Below, one piece after another: positions 28,032 through 41,600 of a stretch of DNA of 64,000 bases (position 1 is the first letter of the stretch; the number at the start of each line of letters is the position of its first letter). The notes below the pieces were generated by a model, which was given only the letters and a program-made list of their open reading frames with translations, was not told the DNA's origin and made no database searches. Source of the stretch: Parasitella parasitica NRRL 2501 (taxonomy: Eukaryota; Fungi; Mucoromycota); NCBI GenBank assembly GCA_025201805.1, contig MU619251.1:62001-126000 (forward strand), read 5' to 3'. The position numbers were made by a program, and so were the translations under genes.

Positions 28032-28894
28032 TTGTGTGCATATTCTTGTATGATTTAAAATATTTTACCCAAATTGTTTATTCTTGTTTTATCAATAGTA
28101 TATGCATTAGAAGATACTATATCGTGTCAATTTTACCAAAACTTTGAAAACACTGCCCACTTTTCTGACATTTGTGTGAGGCTAAATTGCCCATAAAACC
28201 ATAACCTAACTTGCAAAAACATTTGTGTTCATTTTTTTTTTTTTTTTTTTTGATATCTATAGAGTTATCAGATGCTATCACAAATTTTCATATCAGAATT
28301 GCATATAATCGATTATAGGCTTCCATAAGCATCAAACTAAACACTGTCTTATGCGCCATAAGAACAGGCATGATCATCGCTATGTGAGCATTCTTTGTGC
28401 AAAGGCATTGGCGTTTATATCCATGTAAATATTTTTTTCAGCCAGCTTTTTATGAATTAAAGGCATCATGCGTTGGGAACAACAAGATATGTAGCAGATG
28501 AGACGGACTCGGGAGTATATTCATTTCTGATCTTAGGTACACCAGTAGATGTCTTCAAGTAGACAAAAGCCGTTATTTCTTTATATCATGATAGCAAAGA
28601 GAAGATGGTTTAAAAAATATGTGATAGCAGAGCCATTGTATCAGTATTATAAGCATAACTATTTGTCGTTATCAAGTCTGGCACGATTATGAGAGTGAAC
28701 AGCTTGAACAGCTTACAGCCTCGCGAAGCAAAACAGACCTGCTGGCCGCCGCAATCAGTGCAGACCAGCTCGTCTGTTTCATATTAAAAATTCATGAATT
28801 AATAAACTAACCAACAATTTGGTATTTTGCCAAGCATAAGTTTTTAAATGAGCAAATATAGCAGCCCCATTGAAAGAGAAATTTATTATTTAAA

Positions 28895-31680
28895 TTAGAA
28901 AAATCTCTTCAACCCTTTTTTTTTCTTCTTGTCTTTTTCTTCTGTGGATGTGGTGCTTGCTTTATCGGATAGTGACATAGAAGAGCTTTTATGGCTCAAA
29001 TGGGATGACGAGCTATTAAGATTTATATGTGACATTAAAGAGGCAGTTTTACTCATTGAGTCGCTTGGAGGAGCAGTTCTAGTAGGTGGCACATAAGATG
29101 GTATGATTGATTTTGGCGCGGGCACGGGAAGTCTAAGATGACTCAAATGATCGATGAATGATGACGGACGTAGAATCTCGGTGGTGCCAATATAAACATC
29201 TCGATTAAAGGTATCTGCAATCTCATATACTGAACGAATTTCAGAGTATGTTGCTCCGCCAATGACAAAAACAATTAATTTAGCACCATGCGATGTACGG
29301 GGAGAGCCCTAGTTTGTTTCAGCTTCAGATGCATATGCTTTTATTGATGTCCTATTACTTACCGTAGTTCCAGTACCAGGTTTCTTTGACCACGTCGGCT
29401 TAGTGGTGCGCAGTGATACACCACTAAGAGGAATACCACCCTGACCAGGAGCGTGGCCATGACCATCTTCAGATGGCTCCATATCAGCTTGTCTTGTGAA
29501 TGAAAATTGTTTAGGATCTAGTGTGTTTGTCAAATGTGCCTGGTTTTTATCACAGTAATTAATTTTTGCTGATAAAAATGAAGTGCTATACCACTTACGT
29601 CCATCATTTTCTTGAGGACAGGAACGTAACGGGAGAGCTCATAAGGCGTTTCTTCGTCTTTGTTCTTCTTTTGTCTTCTCTTTTTCAAAAACGACGATTT
29701 TTCGGGCTTACGAATACGAGTTAACTTGACGCCGATCAAAGGTAGATTGTTGATTGCATCTCTTAATTCTCCTTTGAGTTTAGCATGTTCTAAAAGCTTG
29801 TTTTTGTCGTCTTCAAAAATACCACCCTCCTTCCAAATAATGTACAGCATCAGCAAACGGGCTTTATCCACAGGACTAAATTAATGGTTTAGTCTCGCAA
29901 TTATAGCATATAATATATATATATATCTGGATTTTACCTCACATGAGGATCGTCTAATAATGGAACCATATCCAGCACAATAGTCTTTGGAGTTTCTCCA
30001 TCTGCTGTTTCGCCTGTACCCATATTTTGCTCTAGATTGCCAACTGAATTCAGTTTGTGTCTTTCAAAATAAGACATACATTCTTGGGCTATGCTTAAAT
30101 GAGCGGAATATTTTGCTTTCAAGTCTTGGAACTGAGGGAGGTTTGTCAACATTTCTTTCATTTCCTTTAAACTTTTTGCCGAGTCTTTGGGGCCACTTCT
30201 ATCACTTTTTTTTTTTTCAATTAAAGATGTGAGAATTCAAACTTGTGTTATAAACTACAAAAGACATACCCTGCACTGGCGGCTGCCTTGTTTTCAGCTA
30301 GAAATTCATTAAATTTCTCGACCAAACGATCTGAGCATTCAGCAATGTGCATATGGCGAATTGATTTGTACACATTATCCTCTTCATCTAATATAACTTC
30401 CTTCGAATCTAATGTTCCATTTGCTTGATGAAATTCATAAGAGTACTTGATCCCTTGATGGTTATCGGTTTCTTCTACAGGGAGTAAATCATTGATCATG
30501 GCTTGATATGTAAATTCATGCAATAAAGGTGCTGCAGGGTCAATGGAGCGATCTACAATTAGCATAGTTGCTCTAGGTTGGGGTGGTTGACGAGCAGGCT
30601 AAGCATAGTTATGTTAGATTGTTTTGGTTTGATCGCATATATGACTTACGGGGAAGTTGGGGTTTAGTCTACAAAAATTATCTACTTCTTTCTGAACAAT
30701 ATGAGCCAATTTCTCGGCTGGCGAGCCTTGAGGATGGATGCCACCTTCTGATTGCGATTGATATCTGATAATGGGATCTTCGCCAAGAGTAGCACATACT
30801 GAAAGCAACTATTCACAGGATATCAGCAAAAATTTTGGTTTAACAAATAGAAAGTCGACTTGCTTGTTTGGCGGTTGTTCTTAAAGCGTCATCGGGGTTT
30901 GCCATACGGTCATCGCCAAACACTGATAAAAAGCTAGTAATAGGATCTACGGTGAACACTGCAGATTCATTGACTAAAAATCATGTTATTCGACCAATCT
31001 CCAATGAATGAATTCCTTATATTTACCAATAAAATCGACATAGAGCTCTTTTAGGCTCAAGATATATTCAGAGGCGTTATTTGACTTTAACCTTCTGTTC
31101 AAATCATCAAATAATTGATCATTTAGTCCTATCGAACAATCAATAAATTAAGTTGTATTCCTCCTATCCCTTCTTCCCCTTAATTTACCACTTGTGAAAT
31201 AAACATGAGCTGCTTTGTAAGTAGGCGGCTTTGTTGAAAAATCATCAACAAGACGCAATATCGACTCTTTGCAAGGAGTCAAGAAATAAATCGCTTCCAA
31301 TGTTGGATAAGGCTGTCTTTTCTTTTCGATATTTTCAACAACTTTAGGCTGAAATGTTAATACTGTGTTCATTGAATAGAACTGATCCTACGTACGTGTC
31401 ACCTAAACGGTTTAAAAGCATCGTCAATAACACTTTCACGATAAAAATGCGCAAAGACACTTACATTCTCTTCCAGTATATCATACATCTTACAGGCAGC
31501 GTTCAAAATTTGATTGCTCTTGGAGTCTACGACGATAATCTTCCATTTTCCCGGCGGCTGAATGGATTTGATGGAATCCATCAACCCTGTTTGTGAAAGA
31601 GATATTAATTGATATATCAACTGTTTAGGTGTTTGTGTTTACTACTTACGCTTTCGCATGATCTCTGTAATACTAGACAT
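28895..31680 (-). CDS. SEC1: Sec1/Munc18 (SM) exocytic SNARE regulator; multi-exon
   Basis: Motifs WKIIVVD, KKRQPYPTLEAIYFLTP, IVDRSIDPAAPLLHEFTYQAM, YELSRYVP and VIGGATYSEIR. Confidence 0.95.
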
Positions 31681-33543
31681 GTTTTCGAGAATATTTAACT
31701 TGCTTCCACATATTAGTTTCTTTTCAATGACAACTGCTGGTAATTTTTACCTTATATCAAGGATTAAACCGTATCGTAGGCAAGGATCGCAAAGCAAAGC
31801 AAGAACAAAGAAGAACACGACAATAAAAAAAGAAAGTAAAATGCAAATTGCAATTTCAATTAGATCTCCTTACAGGTTGTTAAACGTCACTCGGCAAATT
31901 TCCAACAACAAGTCTATCTGTCATGGCCCCACAATGCAGCTCAACAAGCTTCCAGCTATGAATGCTGCTATGAAGCCATGTACGAGTTAAACCTTTGATT
32001 TTCGGTCTTGATTGATAGGAAAGGTAGCTCTTTATTAGCAAGGAATTCCAATTTTTTCATTCATAATGTCAACAATGGCGTGTGCTTCACTGATGTATAT
32101 TTATGACCTTGCTGTCACTGACGCATCTTCATCGACTCGTACCTTTCTTGCTCCCATAAAAAAACAAAAAAGTTGCTTGAGGAAACTTGTGCTCTTCACA
32201 TTTTGCTATATCTTAAAAAGAAAGTTTTCAGGGCTGAAAAAAAGTAAAATAATAGGATTGACAAGAATTCTATATTGCGTGAATGATGACCAGTGGCGGA
32301 TGAAAATTGAATCCTTCATGTCCTGATGTTCATTATCCAAGAGCTTTGTCTGGTCTGCAAGAATGGGAGTTTGGTCTAAAAAAATACCTTCCGCCAATAT
32401 GGTTCACTTTGCCTTAAGTCTAAGCTGTTTATGAGGAGAGAGGAAATTCGACCAATATTTATTCAATAATGATAACAGTTGAAACGAATCCCCAGAACTA
32501 TTGAAATCATTACATGTCTTGCGAAATGCAAGCTCTAACTGATTATAATACCAAATCCTGTGTATTTGAAGCTGCAGATATCGCAGGCATTATGAACTTG
32601 GAAATCCACAAATCGTTATCTTACTTTTTTTTTTTAAAAAAAAAATTATAACCTTGAAACTAAACAACATCTTATTTATGCTGCACAAAGTGGAAACTAC
32701 AGAGCACCGAAATCCCCTGGAAATCAGGAACCCGTCAAAAGACTGAAGATTTCTGTGGCCTGTACTTTGTTCATGTCAGCGGCGAATGAGCCAAATATTC
32801 GGTTGAAAATTGCCCAGTACGGTCATTGAGGACTCTGTGGCTAATATGTAACGCTTCGGTATTATTGGCTTCAAGATGGATGTCCTTTGTTTATATGGTC
32901 TCAAAATTCAAGGAATTGACATTTGTAGCATTGTCAAATTTTGGTTAAGAAACACTTGACATTTCCAAACTTCACTGCAAGAAACATTTTGAATCCTATT
33001 TCTTTGCTATTGTAACTTACCAACGTTAGCGATAACTTCTTTGCTGTTGTCAATCAGCTTCCAACTTGTGCTGATGAGTTTTTGTTTTTTGAGGAGCTTA
33101 TCAAACAATCAATCTTTTTCAACGATTTTGTTGAGTGAATCTGTAAGTTCTTGGAGCTTGATTAAAACTGTTAGTGCAAAATCTGCTGTAGGGTATGCTC
33201 GCCGTGAAACATCCTATAGCAGCCTTACGAGTAGCCAAAGGTCCCCTTACTATATGTAAAAGCTATTTACACTTTCTGACAGCGTAGAGGCTCTATTTGA
33301 AACTGATGAAACTTTCACGATTTGAATAAATAGAGATTATCTATATCGAGTTACACAGCGTGTGCGATTATGATACAATTTACAAACATATGATTCTGTT
33401 TTGGTGTGACACTTGAAGCAAAATGAACATGGGCATGTTTATCGCGTTTCATAAAAATTCAAGTGATTCATATAGTAAATAGACGGTATAAATAGGCACA
33501 TATAACACTCTCATTTCGTCTTCTCTTCTTCTTTTTAAATTGA

Positions 33544-34749
33544 ATGCCTTTAGTTTCCATGGAAAGCAAAATTATGCCTGAATCAAATCATCCCTTTATG
33601 ACAGAGGACAGACTTGAGATATTTAATACATGTCTCCAACAGACAAATAGCCCATTATCAACATTTTATCGCACAGCAAGCATCAAGACACCACTATCAA
33701 CATGCAGTAAGATCAACAGCGGCATTGTGGATGATGAGGATGAGCAAATCAAGAAAAAACTTATTGAAGCAGCAACAAATAGATTGCGCCAAAAGAGATT
33801 GGAGATAAAGTTTCAAGCCATGATGGCACAAATAGTAGAACTGCAATGTCAGTTGGATATAGTTAAAATGGATGCATCCATTTCACTGCAATCGCTGCCA
33901 ACTTCCGTGATCTCGGAAACTCAGCTAGCACATTTTGAAAAGAGATTTGCTCATCATAAAATGGAGTTACAGTGTATCCTTCAACGCAAAGAGGATGCTA
34001 AGCCCATTAAAAAGACGCCCGCATCTTCGCCATTCTTGGGGGCTAGTATTTCCTCTTTGCTATCTCTGTGTTCAAAGAGTAATAAAAGCGATGATATGAT
34101 GGAAGATGAATCATACTATTCTGTTCTTGGAGGCTCAATACATCATCATCAAAAACGAAGAAAAAGAAGACATAATCAACAAAAGAAGCATACTGTCTTT
34201 ATGCAAAACAATGAAGCAGCACCAGCACCAGCACCAGCACCAGCAGCACAAGCATCGACTTTGAGATCGGAAGCTATTTCACCATACGTTTCTTCTGATG
34301 TCATCGAAAATAGCAACGAATCTATTACAGCATCCTCATCTTGCTCTTGTGAGTACAGCGAAAACAATAGCATTTCAAACAAACCATTCTATAGAGATAC
34401 TACAGATAGACATGAATCATTAATGTTGCAATCAAGCAATCGACCTACTATGCGTTCCCAAGAACAGGATGAACAGCATCGCAATACACTAGATGATGTA
34501 TTGAGCTTTCTCAATGACATTGCAGAAAAAAATGTCAATGATGATGATGGATTTATACAAGATATGTACGATATATTGGACCAACAAAAACTGCAGCAGC
34601 CACCGCACACAGTGAGAGCAGCAATGGCAACATCTATTTTTCATGTATTGAAATATTTTTCAAGCCGAGGTTTGAAATGGATAAAGTTTGCCATTGTTAT
34701 GGCATTAGCTATCGTGATCAATTTAAAAAAGGGCCCCAATTTATTTTGA
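33544..34749 (+). CDS. Hypothetical protein with short coiled coil and C-terminal transmembrane anchor
   Basis: Intronless 401-aa ORF. TATA-like TATAAATA ~55 nt upstream. C-terminal WIKFAIVMALAIVINLKKGP. Confidence 0.7.
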   Translation: MPLVSMESKIMPESNHPFMTEDRLEIFNTCLQQTNSPLSTFYRTASIKTPLSTCSKINSGIVDDEDEQIKKKLIEAATNRLRQKRLEIKFQAMMAQIVELQCQLDIVKMDASISLQSLPTSVISETQLAHFEKRFAHHKMELQCILQRKEDAKPIKKTPASSPFLGASISSLLSLCSKSNKSDDMMEDESYYSVLGGSIHHHQKRRKRRHNQQKKHTVFMQNNEAAPAPAPAPAAQASTLRSEAISPYVSSDVIENSNESITASSSCSCEYSENNSISNKPFYRDTTDRHESLMLQSSNRPTMRSQEQDEQHRNTLDDVLSFLNDIAEKNVNDDDGFIQDMYDILDQQKLQQPPHTVRAAMATSIFHVLKYFSSRGLKWIKFAIVMALAIVINLKKGPNLF

Positions 34750-35128
34750 TGATATGCAATAAACTTTTTTTTTAAAAATTACGAGTTACTCGTTGTGTGC
34801 ATTATTTTATATCAAAGAACCTATCTCTATTGACTAATTAAGTATGTTGGACATAAAACTTTGGCGTACAAGCAGAGAAAAAATGTCATAGACAAGTTTA
34901 GATTTTTCTATTCTCTCTTCGGGAACGTAGCTGGGACAAGTGCATTGCTGTTCATAAGGTGTTTATTTGCTTTATCGACTTTATTATGCGGTTACGTGTT
35001 ATGATTAAGCGTGTATGGAGGTTTTTGTATGTATGAATTTATAAAAACTCAACCTAACAAAGCTTGTTGAGCGTAGGAGAGGGGGGAATCAAAAAATGAT
35101 ATAACTTTAAAATCAGTCATCAGTTTGC

Positions 35129-36795
35129 TCATTGAATTGTTCTCCATCCCTTATGAATATTATCTACTTCTCCTGTATCTGTTTCCAAGACTTCAATAAT
35201 ATGTTGAATGCCATTGTTTTGTTCATCCAAAGTCTATAGATAAGTGTGAACGAACGATTCCTTTTGTAGCCGTTTCAGTTATGCTTACTTTGGTAATGCC
35301 ATTGATGTTCTCTTCACTGACTGCCTCCCAGCCATCGACGCCATCAATTTTAGAATATTGTCGCCCTTGTTCTTTAATGAGTTGTAATTGTGCCCATAGC
35401 TGACTTAATTTGCCATGGAACTGCTCAGATCTCTGTAACTGATCTTGGATATTTTCAAGCCTAGCACGCATAACTTCTTCGTCTGGTGTAATACTTAGGC
35501 CTTTGTTTCGCAAAACTTGTGCGTATTTCAAAAACTAGTCATCCGTTTAGTTAGTTGTCCTGTCAGCATTCATAAAAAAATCCATATTTTACCTTGATGA
35601 CTCGCTGTGTTGCTTTCATATGTTTGCGTTTGTATTCATCCAATTTCACTCCTGTTTCTAATTGACTCTTCTTTTGAATCTCTTTGATCATGGCTTGAAT
35701 TTCTGCTAATTTGGCGCTATGTGCTTCACTTAATTTGTGCTGTTCATCCATGCGTTTTTGTACATCGTCAAAACCAATAGCCAGTGCAGGAACTCGAGTG
35801 GTGGGGTCAGGGTTGGCAGCTTGAGCTGCGTCCCAAGCAGCCTGATCGTGGTCCGCGGGTTTCTGATAAAGGTGAGCTTCTTGTGGAGATACAACGTTGT
35901 AGAAATAGTGTTGGAAACGGCAACTAGGTGATTTGGGATCCCACCAGCTCTTGAGTAACGCTAAAGAATGCCATACATTTTCAGGTTTGTAATCTTCACT
36001 ATTAATAGCAGGAGTAGCTTGGGCTCGCGCGTCCTGATCGATCTGAGAGAGCAGTTGATAGACTTGTTGCTCTCTTTGTCTAGCCATATTCGCCTGTTGT
36101 TGTGAGCCGAATCCACCAGCACCAGCCATTGTACTGTTATTTCCAAAACCAAATAAACTTCCTCCTCCTGCTGTGCCAGTATTTGTGGTTGTAGATAAAC
36201 TCAATGCCGGTTTATTAGTTCCAAACCCACCAAAACCCGTTGATGTATTAGCTGTAGATCCAAATAAGCCGGTGTTAGGTGCAGAAGTAGTTGTAGCACC
36301 AAATCCTGCAAATGTGTTCGCGGCAGCCGGCGCCTGTGTTGTACCAGTCGTTCCAAATCCAAAGCTGGTTGCTGGGGTTGTAGAAGCAGCAGATCCAAAT
36401 CCACCAAAGCTGGTAGCTGGGGCTGCAGAGGATGCAGAACCAAATCCACCAAAGCTAGTTGCTGGGGCTGTAGAAGAGGAAGCAGAACCAAATCCACCAA
36501 AGCTAGTTGCTGGAGCTGTAGAAGCAGCAGAACCAAACCCGCCAAAGCTGGTTGCTGGAGTTGTAGGAGCAGTGGATCCAAATCTCCCAAACCCAGAAGC
36601 AGCTGGTGCTGTACTAGCAGCTGTGCCGAAACCTGCTCCAAAAGCAGATGGCTGTTGTTGTGTGCCAAAGGCAGTGGTTGCAGCAGTGGTGGCAGGTTGG
36701 CCAAAGGCTGTGGATGCAGCTGGAGTCTGCGATGATCCAAATCCTCCTCCTAATGAGCTGTTTGCAGGTGTTGGTGTACTGAATACAAATGACAT
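35129..36795 (-). CDS. NUP57: FG nucleoporin Nup57/Nup54; 3 exons
   Basis: FG-rich N-terminus. Nup54 domain WWDPKSPSCRFQHYFYN...WDAAQAANPDP...VPALAIGFDD. Coiled-coil end ...HKGWRTIQ*. Confidence 0.9.
36350..36610 (-). repeat. Coding tandem repeat (~45-bp unit, FGGFGSAASTAPATS) inside the nucleoporin
   Basis: About 5 imperfect copies of ccaaatccaccaaagctgg...gctgtagaagcagcag on the + strand. Confidence 0.85.
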
Positions 36796-37030
36796 TTTCA
36801 AGAGAAAGAACGCGTGTGCTTGTGATTATTCAACTCCAGTAAGTGTCTTTACGATCCCTTCCTGGACAGAGCAAAATTTTCTTAACAAGTCACCAAGCGC
36901 AAGCAAGAGATTTGGATGGTCTGCAGGCAGCCAAGGCAGGCAGGCAATTAAGGGCCGGCATTGCGAAAAGTGGCATTGATTGATCAAGTTTAAACATGGG
37001 CCCTTTTTTTTATCTTTTATAATATCTGAA

Positions 37031-37337
37031 ATGGAACACCAGCCTACTCGCGAAAAACTCTACTCAACCTCAAAGGGTTATGGCTTCAGCCCTGCTTTGC
37101 AAAGAACTCGCAAACCATTTGTAGTGCGTAATCTGCTCACGTTGGCTGGACTTTTGACCTTTACTGGCAGCGTCTGTAAGTGGTGCTATTGAATTGCCAG
37201 ATAGAGATGGCTAATCTGTGTTTGTAGACGCATACTCACTTCTCGCTGTAAAGCAAGATGATTTTAGCGATGTACCAATGCCTCCAGCTCAAACTGCTGC
37301 TGCTGCTGCTGCTCCTTCCACTCAAGAAGAAAAATAA
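37031..37337 (+). CDS. COA3: Cytochrome c oxidase assembly factor 3; 2 exons
   Basis: Spliced product ...SPALQRTRKPFVVRNLLTLAGLLTFTGSVYAYSLLAVKQDDFSDV... Confidence 0.85.
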
Positions 37338-37415
37338 GCACAAGACAACACAAAAATAAACATTGTATATACAAATATTCTATCAGCTAGACAATCGATC
37401 CTTATTTGGGATTAT

Positions 37416-39073
37416 TTATTTCAGCTCCCCATCTGGATGAGCTGCCATGGCAGAATATGTAGGTTGCTTAAAGCTTGAAGGCTTTCTAGGTCGGGATGCT
37501 GTGAGCTGCATTGTATTGAATGAATTAGAAATGCTGTCATGGTGAACGTATACAACTTACGTGTACTAATTTTCTGGTCTGTTGCTGTTGAGGAGGTTCG
37601 GGTATCTTTACTTGCTGCTGCTTGACTGACGGATTAGAAAAAGGCTGTTGAAACATGTTCAGCAGCTTGTTCGACAATTTTTTTGGGGTATTGACACTCG
37701 CAAGAGAGGACCTAGGATCAGCCTTGTTTGCAACTGCAGGAACAAACTTATCTCTTGAAACTGAAGCGTTCACCTTTCTTTCGGCAATTAGCCTAGTTTT
37801 AGTATCTGTCAACTCATGGTTTAATGTTTTTGAGAAATGCGACAGAGGGCTTTTGGGAGACTCAGAGGCACAGCTAGATGTATCGTCGTCTGATTGCTCT
37901 GGAATGTACGTCAACTGCTCGGAAAAAGATACTTGCTTTTTTATCACTGGGCGTACTAAAATAGAGACAACTTCTTTATCCAATATCTCATTAGCACTAT
38001 CTCCTGTTTTAGATGCCTCTTCTTCATCAGCAGGAATATCATCCAATGTATCTGCGCCTTTGTGATGAAAGGATATTTCAGGAGACAATTGAGGCAAATA
38101 GATATTGATTTCGTTGCTAGGAGACACTGTTTCGTTTCGAGTGCATGATGAGCTTGCAATTTCAGACTTAGCTGCTACAGATGGAAAGTAGGAACTAGCC
38201 GAAACTGTGGATAATGCTGGCTATAGCGGTAACATAGAGTTTAATATCAATATTTTTATTTGCCCTCACGGCAGATTGAGACTTACAGAACTGACTGTAG
38301 TTGATGGCGATGGCATGACGGAATGTCCTGTAGGCTTCATTGATGGTTGTGGACTGCGAGACGCTAATCTAGAAGGGAATACATGATTGTAGCTCTGACT
38401 TGCTGTTGGTTTGACGTCTGTCAATGCCTTGGGCTTATATATATTTGTTCTAAGCAGATTCATCTTTTTGTTTGATGGCGACAAATCTGAAGATGATGTT
38501 TCAAATGCAGAGACAAATGAAGACTAGAAATGGAACAAAAAAGAATTTAGTTGGATGCAAGTTGCTACACTACACACATGTACATACTACAAGGCCTTTT
38601 CTTTTTGGCGGTGGCACTAAATTACCAGGCTCGGAAACCTTGCTAGCATTCCGCTGCACTGAAGATAGCTTTTGCCTAGCGCCCTGCAGAAAACTTCCAT
38701 CTTGATTTGATTTATCTCTTGGTGGCGCCGCCGCAGTTTTCTCTAGTTTTGATGTTGTTGTGCTGGTTGATCCAAGTACTTCTCTAGGAGAGATGCTGCT
38801 ATTGTTGTTGGAACTTTTGAATAGCTTTGATTTTTCTTCAATTAGACTTGGCTTTTTGTTCGATTCTCTAGTTGTAACACTTGGTTTGGCGGGTGTGGGT
38901 TTTCTCAAGGGCTTTTCGATAAAGATATTAGCTGGCTTGCTATTTATTTCGGTCTTTTTGACTATAGGGACGAGGATTTCTTTAGGTGATTCCACTCTCA
39001 TAACTGGTGCGGTTAACACGGCTTTCTCATAGTTTTCTAGTGTTTGCCTTTCTTGTCTATAGGTTTCGGGCAA
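37416..39073 (-). CDS. Low-complexity S/P/K-rich protein with C-terminal capping-protein-interaction (CPI)-like motif; start uncertain; multi-exon
   Basis: Three ORF blocks joined by GT-AG introns. The last splice (37506-37560) yields KLVH|LTASRPRKP. RVxF-like KKQVSF also present. Confidence 0.65.
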
Positions 39074-39539
39074 AGTTGAACGATGTCTTGCGGATCGCTT
39101 TTTTCTACGTTCATCTAATTCCTGTAGTAACCAAACATGTCAATAAAGTAATTGGCCGAGATTATTTAAGCTTACATTTTCTAATATAAGTAGACCCTGC
39201 GGATTCTTATAAATCCACATTTTATCTTTCCTTCTGAGAGAGTTGAGTTTTTGCTGTTTTAAGAGTGTGGTGCTCATTTAATATCTTGATAAAGTAAGGA
39301 AATAAAAGAACATTTCGAAACGAATAACAACAGATATACTGGCATAGTGTATTGTTTTGATTTCGCTTTAAGGAATGTCTTTTAGAGTACAAAACATTCG
39401 CCCAAATTAAGTAATTGCCCTTTTTTCGAAAAACCCCAAAAGTGGGCAAAAACAATATTGTTACCGGATGTTCAATCAAGTATTCGAAGCTAATTTACCC
39501 CACGATTAAAAAAAATAGCTTGACCAAATATTAAAAATA

Positions 39540-39830
39540 TTACAAATACTCCTTACTCAAGCATTTTTTCTGGCTGGCTGAAATCTTGTATGTGTTCAGC
39601 AGGAACACTATTGAAGAAAGTGTTTCTACATTTACCAATTTACTTTTTCTAACTCTACTCTTCAGCGCATTCCGAGCCATCTCGATCGCATTAAGAGTAA
39701 CTTAAGACAAATCAGAAGAAAACAGAATTCCCCACCACATAGTATTTGTCAATGGTATGCCCATAATATTCCATAATACGGCGAACGAAAGTCTTGTCAA
39801 CTGTATTTTGTATTTCGACAACATCAAGTG
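39540..39830 (-). mobile_element. Tc1/mariner (IS630-type, DDE_3) transposase C-terminal remnant
   Basis: Minus strand reads LNAIEMARNALKSRVRKSKLVNVETLSS / NSVPAEHIQDF / KCLSKEYL*, matching the 'LNPIE...K.KVRK' C-terminus of this family. Frameshifted. Confidence 0.6.
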
Positions 39831-41319
39831 GAAGGATTCTGTTGTTGAATCTTTGGGAATAGGCACAATATTTGAATGGCGGCCATCAATCCTTTCGCAA
39901 GAAACGCTAATATAATTATCTTGAGATTTTGACCTATTTTATCATTTTTAGTTGGTAGTGAGACCGAGCTTTTATATTTGTTAATGTACATTTTACCGTT
40001 TTCGTTATTACGTTTATAATCCTTAAGCTTTGAAGCACTATCTTAGTCATCCGATGTATTCCAAGTTGGTGCTTGTTTGGAATATCAAATTGCAAAAGGT
40101 CGTTATTTTTTTTAGTAGTGAGAACGCCATAAAGATGTGTAAATTTTAGCTGCCATTTTGTTAGTAAATTGAAACAAAGAAATCGACAAAATTGTAATCG
40201 ACAGCAAGCATCAATATTGAATAGATCTAATGAATGAAATAATGCTTCAAGTCATATGGATAATGAACCTAACCCATCGGCTAATGGTTTGCAAAGAAAA
40301 CAGACATTTCAAAGTATGCTTTTAAGCGGGGATAAAGGTAAAATGGCTTTGATCGTGTGCGAGTTAGTTCAACCAAAAATGAAGCTATGTAAAAAAACTT
40401 TTTAGCATCATATTTCACAACGTCTCAGCTATCAATTTATCTTAATTATCTTCAAGTTACCTTTTAGAATTATGCCTTGCTTCTCAATTGGAAATAGGGT
40501 GTTCCACTCATTTACAGCGAAAAAAGAGGCTGTAGATTGAATCTCAGCACTATGTTTCCATTTGGCCCAAACCAGATTAGCAGTTTTTTTTGCATAGCTC
40601 ACTGCTAGATATCTCAAGAAAGTAATAGGTATATCGGATATGCGTTCTAAATGTTTTATGCGAGTAAATAAATTTTGCATCCAACCATACAAATTACAAG
40701 GCTATAAATACACATTTTGTTATTACCAATTTTCAAATATTCAAAAAACGCCCTTTTTGGTAGTTTTTGAGTAAAATCAAGCATATGTTGAGCACATTTA
40801 GCTCTATAAAGTTGACCAAACAAACCATCCTGTTAATACCTACACGTCAATATTTTTTTCATGACTGTAGCTTTATTATTTCTGCCAAAAATTAAAATTT
40901 TGTCTCAACCAAAATCAATCAACATTTTTTCGGCCCTAGACTTATAGGGCCAAAATGGAGCCATTCAAAAGGGTAAAAAGCCATATTGTTTTTTTCCATT
41001 ATCTAACTCAAAAATGGGCATTTTTTTACCAAATAAAGCCGTTTTGTTGCTATATTGTAGCTCTATGTTTGTATTGCTATATCATGTATCTTTGAATGCT
41101 ATTTATTGCTTTGAAAGTTATAAAAATAAGCCAAGCCTCTGCTAACATCATATGGAAAAATATTTTTTTCTGCATATCTATCTAAAACTAACACATCTAG
41201 TGGAGAATCAAGTTTCATAAAGATTATAATAATGACTCAAGCCAAAGTGTTTTAGTGGTTTGTTGAGAAACAGGCGGACAAAGTTTAACGTAAAAAGGCA
41301 AAATTGACTCAAGCTTGTC

Positions 41320-41600
41320 GAATTCAAGCTACACCACGACATGTTTAATACGAGGAGGTATACCAAAACGTACTTTATCACTTTAGTTAAAAAGTTGAAC
41401 ATGGTTTAGTTGCAAAATTCTACACTTGTTATAGGACCATATGCTGTAAAATCTGCAAAATTTGGAAGATCTGGTTTGGGCAATATCTCGACAGCAAAGA
41501 TAGATATCGAGAATTGGAAAACGTAGTGAGGTACAGTTATCATATTAGTACTTGGATGCATACTTGGCTTGGACCCCAAATCCGTACCTAAAAATGATCC
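41320..41600 (+). repeat. Dispersed non-coding repeat, copy 1 (probable TE terminal sequence)
   Basis: Aligns in direct orientation with 44880-45150: acgacatgttt, acatggttta.ttgcaaaatt, agatagatatc.agaa, gtagtgag.tacagttat, atacttggcttg...ccaaatccg. Confidence 0.8.

Noticed and set aside
29309-29362. Apparent premature stop in SEC1 (…ETN*)
   Set aside because: The TAG is the acceptor of a GT-AG intron; the spliced frame is intact.
31990-33300. Scattered short ORFs between SEC1 and the 33.5-kb gene
   Set aside because: No consistent frame or recognisable motif; possibly very old debris.
36350-36610. Regularly spaced repeats that could be mistaken for a CRISPR array
   Set aside because: They are coding FG-repeat units with no unique spacers, in a eukaryotic gene.
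36173-36979. 268-aa plus-strand ORF with PNPPKLVAG repeats
   Set aside because: Antisense shadow of the nucleoporin FG-repeat coding region.
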